A stretch of DNA of 64,000 bases, taken from the NCBI GenBank assembly GCA_009773355.1, contig WRPG01000021.1:2394-66393 (forward strand). The letters run 5' to 3'. The DNA is from Limisphaerales bacterium. GTDB taxonomy: Bacteria > Verrucomicrobiota > Verrucomicrobiia > Limisphaerales > SXTU01. Below are positions 1 through 8,639 of this stretch, one piece after another (within the stretch, counting starts at the first letter, position 1; each line of letters starts with the position of its first letter). Position numbers and translations under genes: made by a program. The notes below the pieces were generated by a model that saw nothing but the letters and a program-made list of their open reading frames with translations, was not told the DNA's origin and made no database searches.

Positions 1-1
1 C

Positions 2-892
2 CGCGCCGTCTCCGTCAACCCGATAGACACCTACATCCGCGCCGGGATGGTGAAGATGAACCTGCCTTCGCCGTTCATCATCGGCTGCGATCTCGCGGGC
101 GTCGTTGAGGCCGTCGGCGCGGAGTGCAAGCGCTTCCAGGTTGGCGACCGCGTGTGGTGCTCGAACCAGGGACAGTTCGGCCGTCAGGGCAGCTTCGCCG
201 AGTTCGCGTGCGTCGAGGAGCGCTGGCTGAACGCAACCCCCGCCGGCGTGCGCGATGAGGACGCGGCCGCCATCGCGCTCGTGGGCATCACGGCGCATCT
301 TGGCTTGTTCGCGAAGGCTCGCTTGCAGGCGGGCGAGACGGTCTTCGTCAACGGAGGGGCGGGCGGGGTCGGCTCGATGGTGGTGCAACTCGCGAAGGCG
401 GCGGGCGCGCGCGTCGTCGCCACCGCCGGCAGCGACGAGCGCGTGGCCAAGGCGCGCTCCTTCGGCGCGGACCTCGCGTTGAACCACCGCACGCAGGACG
501 TGGCCGCCGCCGTGAAGGAGTTTGCGCCCGCCGGGGTGAACGTCTTCTGGGAGACGCAGCGCGAGCCGGACTTCGACCGCGCCGTGCCGCTGCTCGCGCC
601 GCGCGGACGCTTCGTGCTGATGGCGGGGCGCGAGGCGCGGCCGGTCTTCCCGGTCGGGCCGTTCTACGTGAAGGACTGCTCGCTGCACGGCTTCGCGATG
701 TTCAACGCCACGCCGGACGAGCAGCGCGTCTGCGCCGCCGACCTGAACCGCTGGCTGGCGGAAGGCAAGGTGCGCGCGAACATTGACCGCGTGCTGCCGC
801 TGGCCGAGGCGGCGCAGGCGCACCGGTTGCAGGAGGAAAGCACGCTCCAGAAATCCGGCGCACTGGCGGGCAAGCTCGTGCTCAAGCCGTGA
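2..892 (+). CDS. NADPH:quinone oxidoreductase-like medium-chain dehydrogenase/reductase; 5' end outside the window
   Basis: Frame is open from base 2 (RAVSVNPIDTYIRAG precedes the listed ATG at 47). Rossmann motif VNGGAGGVGSMVVQLAK. Zeta-crystallin/Qor-like layout ending GKLVLKP. Confidence 0.85.
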   Translation, partial: RAVSVNPIDTYIRAGMVKMNLPSPFIIGCDLAGVVEAVGAECKRFQVGDRVWCSNQGQFGRQGSFAEFACVEERWLNATPAGVRDEDAAAIALVGITAHLGLFAKARLQAGETVFVNGGAGGVGSMVVQLAKAAGARVVATAGSDERVAKARSFGADLALNHRTQDVAAAVKEFAPAGVNVFWETQREPDFDRAVPLLAPRGRFVLMAGREARPVFPVGPFYVKDCSLHGFAMFNATPDEQRVCAADLNRWLAEGKVRANIDRVLPLAEAAQAHRLQEESTLQKSGALAGKLVLKP

Positions 893-895
893 GCG

Positions 896-1038
896 TTTTG
901 GAGTGCGGTGGCAGAGCGCAGCGGCGACACCGCTTTCAATTCCTGCGGAGCGGCGAATGACTTCGGGCAACTTCCGCACGACTCCGCTTCGCGGGACGCC
1001 AAAGCGCCGTCGCGCTCCGCTTGCCGGCGCAGTCCAAG
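896..1038. repeat. Imperfect GC-rich inverted repeat (arms ~896-938 and ~998-1038) in the intergenic gap
   Basis: Left arm ttttggagtgcggtggcagagcgcagcggcgacaccgctttca. Reverse complement of the right arm is cttggactgcgccggcaagcggagcgcgacggcgctttgg. Roughly three quarters of positions pair by eye. Confidence 0.5.
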
Positions 1039-1099
1039 ACGCGCCCGGTCGCAGTTTGGCTTGGGCCGCGCGTCCGCTTGCCGTAGCTTCCGCGCCGAC

Positions 1100-1912
1100 A
1101 TGGCTGCCGTGAACCACCCCGCGCTCGCCGCGTTCTGCGCGGCCATTGGGTCCGAGCTGCTGCTCGCGCAAGTGCTCGTGCGGCGGCAGCCAACGGGCTT
1201 CGAGTTGCGTCATGCCAGCGACCGCGAGGCGGGGGCGGACACGTTGAGGCTCGTCTCGGCCAGCGAACTCCGCGCCCTGGCAAACCACACCGCCGCCGGC
1301 GAGTTCCGCCCCATCAAGGCCGCGCCGAACCTGCGCGCCGGCTGGCTCTGCCGCGTTGCCTCCGACGCGGAACTTGAACTCGCCCTGAACCAGCTTTACC
1401 CCGGCGCGCTCGCCGATTGGTTTGCCATCGCACAAGCGGAGCGCGGGTCAACATCCCGCGCCCCGGTCACGCACTACCGCGAGTTCACCATGCGGCAGAC
1501 CGGGATGTATCGCATCACGACGATGCTGACCGACGCGCAGGCCCAGCAGGTCATCCGCGCGTGCTGCGACGCGCGCTTCTGCCTCAAGCGCCGCCTGTGG
1601 ACGGTGGACGCCCTCGCGCCCGACACGGCGGCGGCCAAGAGCCTCATCCCCTGCCTCGAACCCTGCGCGGTGCTGCTGGAGTTCGCGCGCAAGGCAGTCC
1701 GGGTCGAGCAGGAGGAAGCCAAGGCCACGCTCACGCTCGCGCCGTCGGAAGTCGCGTCGCTGCTGGCGGCGCTGGAAACAGCCGTGGCGCGTCCCCGTGC
1801 CAGCCAGCGCGAGGCCGACTTGGCCGCCGCCGATAATCCGCGCCGCCTGCAACTGCTGCGCGAGAAACTTCAGGGTTTTGCCCCAGTTGCCGGGGCTGAC
1901 GCCAAGGAATAA
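1100..1912 (+). CDS. DR2241-family protein (putative Fe-S cluster domain protein)
   Basis: ATG at 1100 within ORF 908..1912; upstream part of the ORF is R/A/S-rich and overlaps the repeat. Cys cluster RACCDARFCLKRRLW...LIPCLEPCAVLLEF resembles the DR2241 4Fe-4S domain as I recall it. Confidence 0.55.
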   Translation: MAAVNHPALAAFCAAIGSELLLAQVLVRRQPTGFELRHASDREAGADTLRLVSASELRALANHTAAGEFRPIKAAPNLRAGWLCRVASDAELELALNQLYPGALADWFAIAQAERGSTSRAPVTHYREFTMRQTGMYRITTMLTDAQAQQVIRACCDARFCLKRRLWTVDALAPDTAAAKSLIPCLEPCAVLLEFARKAVRVEQEEAKATLTLAPSEVASLLAALETAVARPRASQREADLAAADNPRRLQLLREKLQGFAPVAGADAKE

Positions 1913-1938
1913 CTCTCTGCTCGACACGTCCAAGCCAC

Positions 1939-3011
1939 ATGAAACGAACCGTTCTCCGCGCCTTCGCCACCGCCTTGCTGCTCGCCGCCTTCGCCAGCGG
2001 GAGCGCGCGCGCCCAAGTGACACGCTGCTGGACAGGCTGCAAAAGGCCGCCGAACCGCCCGCCCCGCCCGCCGCGTGGCAGGGCCGCATCCCGACGCCCG
2101 AGGAGCTGGCCGCGTTCCGCGCGAAGCAGGCCGAGGCCGCCATCAAGGCGGCGGACCTCGCGGGCGAGTTTGCCATCCGCTTTCCCACGCACGCCAAGGC
2201 CGCCGAGGTGCGCGAGCAGCGGTATCAGTTGCTTGGCAACGCCGTGCGGCGCGGCGACAAGTCGCGGCTGGAGCAGTTGGAGAAGATCGAGGCCGAACTC
2301 ATCACCGACCCCAAGAAGACCGCGGAGGAGAAGTTCCGCCTGCGGATGCAGTCCGTGGACCGCAAGGCCGGCTTGAAGCAGGCCGAGGGCATGACGGCGA
2401 TGCTGGAGGAGTTCGAGAAGGGCGCGCGCGCCTTGCAGAAGGAGTTCCCCGACCGGAAGGAAGTCTTTGAGATGCTCTACGCCGTGGCGATGCGTTCCGA
2501 AGGGCCGAAGGCCGCCGCGCTGGCGAAGGAGATCGCCGCCAGCGGGGCGGAGCCGCAGGTGAAGGAGGCCGCCGCCGCGCTGCTGAAAAAGTCCGAACGC
2601 CTCGGCAAGGCGCTGGACATCAAATTCACCGCGCTGGACGGGCGCAAGGTCGAGCTGGCCAAGCTCAAGGGCAAGGTCGTGCTGATTGACTTCTGGGCGA
2701 CGTGGTGCGGGCCGTGCGTGGCGGAGATTCCCAACATGAAGGCCGCCTACACGAAGCTGAATCCGAAGGGCTTTGAGATCATCGGCATCAGCCTCGACGA
2801 CGACAAGGCCGCGCTTCAGGCGATGGTGAAGCAGAAGCAGCTTCCCTGGCCGCAGTTCTTCGAGGACCAGGCGGAGAACCGCTACGCCAAGCAGTTCGAC
2901 ATCTCCTCCATCCCGACGATGTGGCTCGTGGACAAGCGGGGCAACCTCGTGGACACCAACGCCCGCGACGGGCTGGAAAAGAAGGTGGAGAAGCTGCTGG
3001 CGGAAAAGTAG
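1939..3011 (+). pseudogene. TlpA/ResA-like periplasmic thiol:disulfide oxidoreductase, apparently frameshifted (or sequencing error) near 2003-2020
   Basis: Signal peptide MKRTVLRAFATALLLAAFASGSARAQ (ATG 1939) is in one frame. The protein-like body DTLLDRLQKAAEPP...VVLIDFWATWCGPCVAEIP...IPTMWLVDKRG continues to 3011 in another frame. That second frame has no ATG/GTG/TTG start upstream of the thioredoxin body. Confidence 0.6.
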
Positions 3012-3086
3012 CAGCCAACGAACCGCCTGGTGATCGTGGCGGACAAACCGACGCGCACGAATCACCCGCTTTCCGACTCGCGACCC

Positions 3087-3968
3087 ATGCACGACCCCAT
3101 CACCAAAGCCGCGACGCTGCTGGAGGCGTTGCCCTACATCCAGAAGTTCAGCCACGCCACGTTCGTCGTGAAATACGGCGGCAGCTTCATGGACTCGCCC
3201 GATTCCGCCGTGCGCAATGGCGTGGCGCGCGACGTGGTGTTCCTCGAAGCGGTGGAGATCAATCCCGTGGTCGTCCACGGCGGCGGCAAGGCCATCACCC
3301 GCGCGATGGACGCCGCCGGCTTGAAGGCGAACTTCATCCAGGGGATGCGCGTGACGGACGAGGCGACGGTCGCGGTCGTGGACCAGGTGCTCTCGCGCGA
3401 GATCAACCCGGAGATCGTCCGCACCATCGAGTCGCTCGGCGGCAAGGCGCGGGGCTTCGCCGGCACGGACATCTTCACCTGCCGCAAGCTGTGGCTCGAC
3501 GACAAGGACAAGCCGGACAGCAAGCTCGACATCGGCTACGTGGGCGAGGTCGTGGGCGTGAACACCGCGCCGTTGCTGGAGTGCATCGCGCAGGGCATCA
3601 CGCCGGTCATCAGCCCGACGGCGCGCGGCGAGGACGGGCAGATTTACAACTGCAACGCCGACGTGGCCGCCGCGCAGGCCGCCATTGCGCTCAAGGCCCG
3701 CCGTCTCGTCTTCATGTCCGACGTGCCCGGCCTCATGCGCGATCCCAAGGACCCGGCGACACTCATCACGCACCTGCGCATCGGCGACGTGCCCGCGCTG
3801 AAAGCAACGGGCGTGGTGGACAAGGGGATGATTCCCAAGGTGGACAGCGCCGTGGCGGCCATCCAGTCCGGCGTGGAGAAGGTGCAGTTTGTGGACGGCC
3901 GGCAGCAGCATTCCGTGCTGCTGGAGATTTTCACGGACGCGGGCGTGGGGACGGAAGTGGTGGCGTAG
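3087..3968 (+). CDS. argB: Acetylglutamate kinase
   Basis: MHDPITKAATLLEALPYIQKFSHATFVVKYGGS...VVVHGGG...YNCNADVAAAQAAIALKARRLVFMSDVPG, the typical ArgB/AAK fold motifs. GTG at 3030 is an alternative start. Confidence 0.9.
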   Translation: MHDPITKAATLLEALPYIQKFSHATFVVKYGGSFMDSPDSAVRNGVARDVVFLEAVEINPVVVHGGGKAITRAMDAAGLKANFIQGMRVTDEATVAVVDQVLSREINPEIVRTIESLGGKARGFAGTDIFTCRKLWLDDKDKPDSKLDIGYVGEVVGVNTAPLLECIAQGITPVISPTARGEDGQIYNCNADVAAAQAAIALKARRLVFMSDVPGLMRDPKDPATLITHLRIGDVPALKATGVVDKGMIPKVDSAVAAIQSGVEKVQFVDGRQQHSVLLEIFTDAGVGTEVVA

Positions 3969-3980
3969 CTGGTGCATTTC

Positions 3981-4015
3981 TTGACACCGCCGCCGTGTCA
4001 GACAATAAGTCAGAC
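3981..4015 (+). promoter_or_regulatory. Possible sigma70-like promoter and operator for the vapBC pair
   Basis: TTGACA (3981-3986), 17-nt spacer, AATAAG (4004-4009). Inverted repeat tgacac-N7-gtgtca (3982-4000). Direct repeat gtcagac at 3997 and 4009, immediately before the ATG at 4016 (leaderless or very short leader). Confidence 0.35.
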
Positions 4016-4264
4016 ATGCAGACGCTCACGGTTCGGGAACTCTCGCGCGAGACGGCGCGGGTGCTCAATACCTGCGACCACGAAGGCCAGGTGGTCATCC
4101 GTCACACGGATGGACGCGAATATGTGCTCGCCCCCACGCAGCCGCGCCGCAAGCGGGGCAAACGCCAGCTTCCCGACTTCGCGAAACGGCGCGAGGCCAT
4201 TTTGGGCAATCAGGTGTTCAGTGAAAAGTTCATCAACGGGATTCTCGACAAGGGCGAACATTGA
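4016..4264 (+). CDS. Type II antitoxin (Phd/YefM- or VapB-like)
   Basis: 82 aa, MQTLTVRELSRETARVLNTCDHEGQVVIRHTDGREYVLAP..., an antitoxin-like N-terminus. Stop overlaps the start of the PIN gene (TTGA at 4261-4264). Confidence 0.7.
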   Translation: MQTLTVRELSRETARVLNTCDHEGQVVIRHTDGREYVLAPTQPRRKRGKRQLPDFAKRREAILGNQVFSEKFINGILDKGEH

Positions 4265-4737
4265 GCGCCTACGCGGACACAAACTTTCTCATCAACCTCT
4301 ACCTGACGCGTCCCCATTCGATGGAAGCGCAGCGCGTGCTGGGGGATTTTTTGCGGCGGCACGATGAGGCGTTGCCGTTCACGCCGCTTCATCGGCTGGA
4401 GTTTCGGAATGCGATCCGCCTGGCGGTGTTTCGCCAGGCCGACCCGGGCGAACGATCACTCGATCGGGGTGCCGCCCGCAGGATACTGGCGGAGCATGAG
4501 GCTGACTTGAATGAGCGCGTATTCATCGAGCATACACCGATAGATTGGACCGAGGCTTTGCGGCAGGCTGAGGTTTTGAGCAAAGCAAGCACCGAGGAGA
4601 AGGGCTTCCGTTCGCTGGATCTGCTGCACGTCGGCACGGCTCTGAGCCTTGGGGCAAAGGAGTTTTTCACTTTTGACCGGGGAGCGGGACAGCTTGCGAA
4701 ACTGGCTGGATTGACAGTCAATCCCGCGCTCCGTTGA
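4261..4737 (+). CDS. vapC: PIN-domain ribonuclease toxin VapC
   Basis: Acidic PIN residues in context: YADTNFLINL, HRLEFRNA, SLDLLHVGTAL, FFTFD. 158 aa. 4-nt overlap with the upstream antitoxin gene. Confidence 0.8.
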   Translation: MSAYADTNFLINLYLTRPHSMEAQRVLGDFLRRHDEALPFTPLHRLEFRNAIRLAVFRQADPGERSLDRGAARRILAEHEADLNERVFIEHTPIDWTEALRQAEVLSKASTEEKGFRSLDLLHVGTALSLGAKEFFTFDRGAGQLAKLAGLTVNPALR

Positions 4738-4755
4738 CTTCACTGCACTTAGAGA

Positions 4756-6054
4756 ATGAAAGAAATCGTTCCGACACCGCCCGCCATCGTTCACAACGAG
4801 CAGCAAGCCGTCCTCGGCCTGTTCCAGAAATACGTCGTGCCCAGCTACGGGCGCTTCGAGCTGGTGCTCGCGCGCGGGCAAGGCAGCCACCTGTGGGACG
4901 TGAACGGCAAGCGCTACCTCGACCTCGGCGGCGGCATCGCGGTCTGCTCGCTCGGCCACGCGAACGCGGAGATCACCGACGCGCTCATCGAGCAGTCGCG
5001 CCGGATGGTCCACATCTCGAACCTCTACTATCACGAGCCGCAGGGCCGGCTGGCGCAACAGATTGTCCGGCACCTCGCGCCGGGCAAGGTGTTCTTCAGC
5101 AACTCCGGCGCAGAGGCGAACGAGGGACTCTACAAAGTCGCGCGCAAGTTCGGCCACGACGAGGGGCGCTTCGAGATCATCACGGCGTGGAACTCGTTCC
5201 ACGGGCGCACGCTGGCGGGCATCGCGGCCACGGGACAGGAGAAGGTGAAGAAGGGGTTCGAGCCGGCGGTGTCCGGCTTCAAGCACGTTCCCTACAACGA
5301 TCTGCAAGCGGTGCGCGATGCCATCTCGCCGGCAACTGCGGCAATTCTCATTGAAGGCGTGCAAGGCGAGGGCGGCATTGCCCCGGCGAGCGCGGACTAT
5401 TTACTTGGGCTGCGACAGCTTTGTGATGAGCGGAGGATGCTGCTGCTCATGGACGAAGTGCAGTGCGGGCATTTCCGCACGGGGCGCTTCCAGAGTTTTC
5501 AGCGGCTGCTCGAAGGCATTCCCGGCGCGGACAAGTTCCTGCCCGACGGCGTTTCCATGGCGAAGTCGCTCGGCGGCGGGTTTCCCATCGGCGCGTTCTG
5601 GGTGCGGGAAGAACATCACGGCGTGAAGCTGTGCGACTTGCTCGGCCCCGGCACCCACGCGACGACCTACGGCGGCACGCCGCTGGGCTGCGCGGTGGCG
5701 AACAAGGTCTTCGAGGTCATCGAGCGCGACCGGCTCGCTGACAATGCTCGTGAGACGGGCGCGTGGATGAAGGCGGAACTGGAGAAGCTCGCCGCGCAGT
5801 TCCCGCAGGTCATCAAAAGCGTGCGCGGCCTCGGCTTCATGCTCGGCATCGAGCTGGCGGAGAACATCCCGGCGTTCGCCAACACCGGCAAGGTCGCCTC
5901 GCTCAACTTCGTCAACCGGCTGCACGACGCGGGCGTGCTCACCGTGCCGAGCGGCACGCACGTCATTCGCTTCCTTCCGGCGCTGAACCTCACCCGGGCC
6001 GAGGCGGCGGAAGGCGTGGCGTTGATTGCTGGCGTGGTGAAGGCCATCGCGTAG
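4756..6054 (+). CDS. argD: Acetylornithine aminotransferase (class III PLP aminotransferase)
   Basis: YLDLGGGIAVCSLGHANAEI, FFSNSGAEANEG, LLMDEVQCGHFRTGRF, SMAKSLGGGFPIGA. Next arginine-pathway gene after argB. Confidence 0.88.
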   Translation: MKEIVPTPPAIVHNEQQAVLGLFQKYVVPSYGRFELVLARGQGSHLWDVNGKRYLDLGGGIAVCSLGHANAEITDALIEQSRRMVHISNLYYHEPQGRLAQQIVRHLAPGKVFFSNSGAEANEGLYKVARKFGHDEGRFEIITAWNSFHGRTLAGIAATGQEKVKKGFEPAVSGFKHVPYNDLQAVRDAISPATAAILIEGVQGEGGIAPASADYLLGLRQLCDERRMLLLMDEVQCGHFRTGRFQSFQRLLEGIPGADKFLPDGVSMAKSLGGGFPIGAFWVREEHHGVKLCDLLGPGTHATTYGGTPLGCAVANKVFEVIERDRLADNARETGAWMKAELEKLAAQFPQVIKSVRGLGFMLGIELAENIPAFANTGKVASLNFVNRLHDAGVLTVPSGTHVIRFLPALNLTRAEAAEGVALIAGVVKAIA

Positions 6055-6063
6055 GCTGCGGCC

Positions 6064-6681
6064 ATGCCTCTCCCGTGGCTCATCGCGGTGGTGCTCTCGG
6101 CTCAAGTGACGCTCGGCATCTCACCCAAGGCCGACCGCCTGACGTGGGCGCTGGAGAATTTCCCCGTGTGGGGCGGCCTGGCCGTGCTGGCCTGGTCGCA
6201 CCGCCGCTTTCCGCTGTCGTCGCTGTGCCTGCACCTGCTGGCCATTCACTCGCTCATCGTCGTGCTGGGCGGGCACTACACTTACGCGAAGGTCCCGCTC
6301 GGCGACTGGGTGCGGGACGCCTTCGGGCTGGCGCGCAACCACTACGACCGCCTCGGTCATTTCGCCCAGGGCTTCATCCCGGCCATCTTCGTGCGCGAGC
6401 TGCTGCTGCGGAAAACTCCGCTGCCGCGTGGCGGCTGGCTGAACTTCCTCGTGATCTGCGTCTGCCTCGCGTTCAGCGCGTGCTACGAGTTCATCGAGTG
6501 GTGGGCCGCCCTGCTGACGGGCGAGGCGGCCACGGACTTCCTCGGCACGCAGGGCGACCCGTGGGACACGCAATGGGACATGTTCCTGGCGACGGTGGGG
6601 GCGACGTGCGCCGTGCTCACCTTGAGCCGCTGGCATGATGCCTCGTTGAAGAAGGTTTACACGCCGCCAGCCGCCTCCTAA
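6064..6681 (+). CDS. DUF2238 (YjdF-like) inner-membrane protein
   Basis: Polytopic membrane protein of 205 aa. NHYDRLGHFAQGFIPA and CYEFIEWWAALL resemble the YjdF/DUF2238 family as I recall it. Confidence 0.55.
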   Translation: MPLPWLIAVVLSAQVTLGISPKADRLTWALENFPVWGGLAVLAWSHRRFPLSSLCLHLLAIHSLIVVLGGHYTYAKVPLGDWVRDAFGLARNHYDRLGHFAQGFIPAIFVRELLLRKTPLPRGGWLNFLVICVCLAFSACYEFIEWWAALLTGEAATDFLGTQGDPWDTQWDMFLATVGATCAVLTLSRWHDASLKKVYTPPAAS

Positions 6682-6690
6682 TTTCGGCGC

Positions 6691-7143
6691 ATGATTCAAG
6701 CGTTGCGGAAGCAAGTCGTTCGCGGAGTCGCGCTGGCGGCGCTGCTGGTTTTCAGCGGGTGCTCCACGTTCAACCGGGATTGGAAGGCGGCGGCGGCGAA
6801 TCCCAGCCCGGCCAGTTCCATCGAAGGCCGGTGGGAAGGCAAGTGGTTGAGCGACCACAACGGGCACAACGGTCGGCTCCGCGCGCTCATCCGCCGGCTC
6901 GACAACGGCCAGTATGAAACGCGCTTCCACGCCGAGTATGGCGGCATCCTCAGCTTCGGGATGCAGGTGAACCTCGATGTGAAGCCGGCGGGCGGGCTGT
7001 GGCAGTTCAGCGGCGAGGAGAACCTGGGAAAGTCCTATGGCATGTATCGCTACGAGGGCAAGGCCTCCGCGACGAATTTCTTCTCGACCTACAAGGCGTC
7101 GTTCGACCACGGCACGTTCCAGATGACGCGGCCCAAGCCGTGA
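6691..7143 (+). CDS. Hypothetical lipoprotein
   Basis: Signal peptide with lipobox LLVFSGC. 150 aa. No recognisable domain. Confidence 0.6.
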   Translation: MIQALRKQVVRGVALAALLVFSGCSTFNRDWKAAAANPSPASSIEGRWEGKWLSDHNGHNGRLRALIRRLDNGQYETRFHAEYGGILSFGMQVNLDVKPAGGLWQFSGEENLGKSYGMYRYEGKASATNFFSTYKASFDHGTFQMTRPKP

Positions 7144-7294
7144 GGCGTGGAGCGCGGCCTTCAGGCCGCAGCAGGCAGCATGGCCACAGCGCTTCCGACC
7201 ACGGGAGTCATCCGCGCGTTTCTGCGGCATGAACGCCGCGCTCCAAAGCCGGCGCTTGCCGCCCCTTGGCCGCTCCGCTACAGGTGAGCATCGT

Positions 7295-8536
7295 ATGAAA
7301 GCCCTCGTCGCAGCCCTGCTCCTGGGCGGCGTTTGCATCATTGTCACCGCCTCGTTCGTCGCCAGCAGGGAGGCCGCGCGGCACCAGACCTTGCTCGCCC
7401 GGCAGCAGGCGCAGTGGGCGGAGGAAAAACTACAGCTCGAAGCCGCGCTCAAGAAGGCGAGGGGCCGGACCGTCGTCCTCGAAACGCCTGCGCCCGGCAC
7501 TTCGGCTCCGTCGGTCGTCACCGTGGCGACGAAGCCCGACCCGGACGCCATCCTCGCGCGACTGCTCGGCTTCAAGTCCGCCGCGCCCGGCCAGAACCAG
7601 CCGCCCAACCGGCAGTTGAAGCGCCTGCTCCACGAGTTCGAGAGCCTCGTGGACGCCGGCGAAGCGGCGCTGCCGGCCATCCGAGCCTTCCTCGCGCGCA
7701 ACGAGGATTTCGAGTTCCAAGGCGGCGTGCTCAAAGGCTCGCGCGACGGCAACGTGCCGACGGACTTCCTCACGCCTCCGTCGCTGCGACTTGGGCTGTT
7801 CGACGCGTTGCGGCGCATCGGCGGCGCGCAGGCCGAGGCCATGCTCGCCGACGTGTTGAAGACCACCGCGCGCGGCGTCGAGGTCGCCTATCTTGCGCGG
7901 GTGCTGGAGGAAATCGCGCCGGGCAGGCACCGCGACACGGCGATTGCCGCCGCGAAGGACCTGCTCGCCAACCCCGTTGCCGAGGCCGCCGCGCTGGACA
8001 AGAACGACCGCAACTACCTCTACGGCGTGCTGGCGTTCTTCAACGACGCCTCGCAGGTCGCTGTCGCGCAGGGACAGTTGCTCGCCGCCAACGGCGGCCT
8101 GGACCGCGCCGCGCTCAAGTATCTCGAGCGCTCGCTCGGCGAGCAGGTCGTGCCGCTCGTCGCGCAGGCGTATCTGGACCCGCGCGTGACCGACCCCGCC
8201 GCGAAGGAGCCGCTGGTCCGTTCGGCGCTCGCGTTCGTCGGCGCGAACGACCAGGCGCTCCAAGTCTTCGGCCAGGCCGTGCGCGACCCGGCGCTGGCCG
8301 GCGAACCCATCCGCAACCTTGTCGAAGACCTGAATCAGGAAGGAATCCGCAACGAGAAGAAGCCAACACCCGAAGACTTGAAACTCATCGCCAACCGCTA
8401 CGCGCTGACGCAGCGGTTCCTCCAGCAGGACTTTGTGTTGAACAACCAAGCCCTCCTCGAAGGCTTCCGCGAGGCGGACAAAGACCTGCGCAACATGCTC
8501 CAAAAGGCCGCCGCCACCGCGCAGCCCAAGCCATGA
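7295..8536 (+). CDS. Hypothetical membrane-anchored protein, helical-repeat (HEAT-like) rich
   Basis: ATG at 7295 gives MKALVAALLLGGVCIIVTASFVA (signal anchor), then a short coiled coil and Leu/Ala-rich helical repeats. ATG at 7229 is less likely. Confidence 0.6.
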   Translation: MKALVAALLLGGVCIIVTASFVASREAARHQTLLARQQAQWAEEKLQLEAALKKARGRTVVLETPAPGTSAPSVVTVATKPDPDAILARLLGFKSAAPGQNQPPNRQLKRLLHEFESLVDAGEAALPAIRAFLARNEDFEFQGGVLKGSRDGNVPTDFLTPPSLRLGLFDALRRIGGAQAEAMLADVLKTTARGVEVAYLARVLEEIAPGRHRDTAIAAAKDLLANPVAEAAALDKNDRNYLYGVLAFFNDASQVAVAQGQLLAANGGLDRAALKYLERSLGEQVVPLVAQAYLDPRVTDPAAKEPLVRSALAFVGANDQALQVFGQAVRDPALAGEPIRNLVEDLNQEGIRNEKKPTPEDLKLIANRYALTQRFLQQDFVLNNQALLEGFREADKDLRNMLQKAAATAQPKP

Positions 8537-8550
8537 CTTCCCGCGCTTCC

Positions 8551-8617
8551 GTAGCCGCAGGCTTCAGCCTGCGCGTGAGGTAACGCTGTTGACGCGCAAC
8601 CTGAAGGTCGCGACTAC
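8551..8617. repeat. Double-hairpin repeat element, copy 1 of 2 (second copy at 39478-39542)
   Basis: gtagccgcaggcttcagcctgcg ... cgcaacctgaaggtcgcgactac. Each arm is itself a small hairpin (gcaggc-ttca-gcctgc and gcaacc-tgaa-ggt(c/t)gc). The same architecture recurs at 39478. Confidence 0.75.
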
Positions 8618-8639
8618 GATTGGAAGCCGAGCCGCAAGG

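Noticed and set aside
1731-3977. 748-aa minus-strand ORF. Similar very long ORFs occur at 6121..7866(-), 8589..13616(+), 21317..22936(-), 23885..25984(-), 39533..41449(+), 46683..48851(+), 53726..55411(-), 55442..57121(-), 58237..59313(-) and 61186..62592(-).
   Set aside because: All are antisense or off-frame to genes with clear conserved motifs (argB, tricorn protease, histidine kinase, DUF1501 and others). Their translations are extremely R/A/G/P/H-rich, the usual artefact of stop-codon-poor high-GC DNA.
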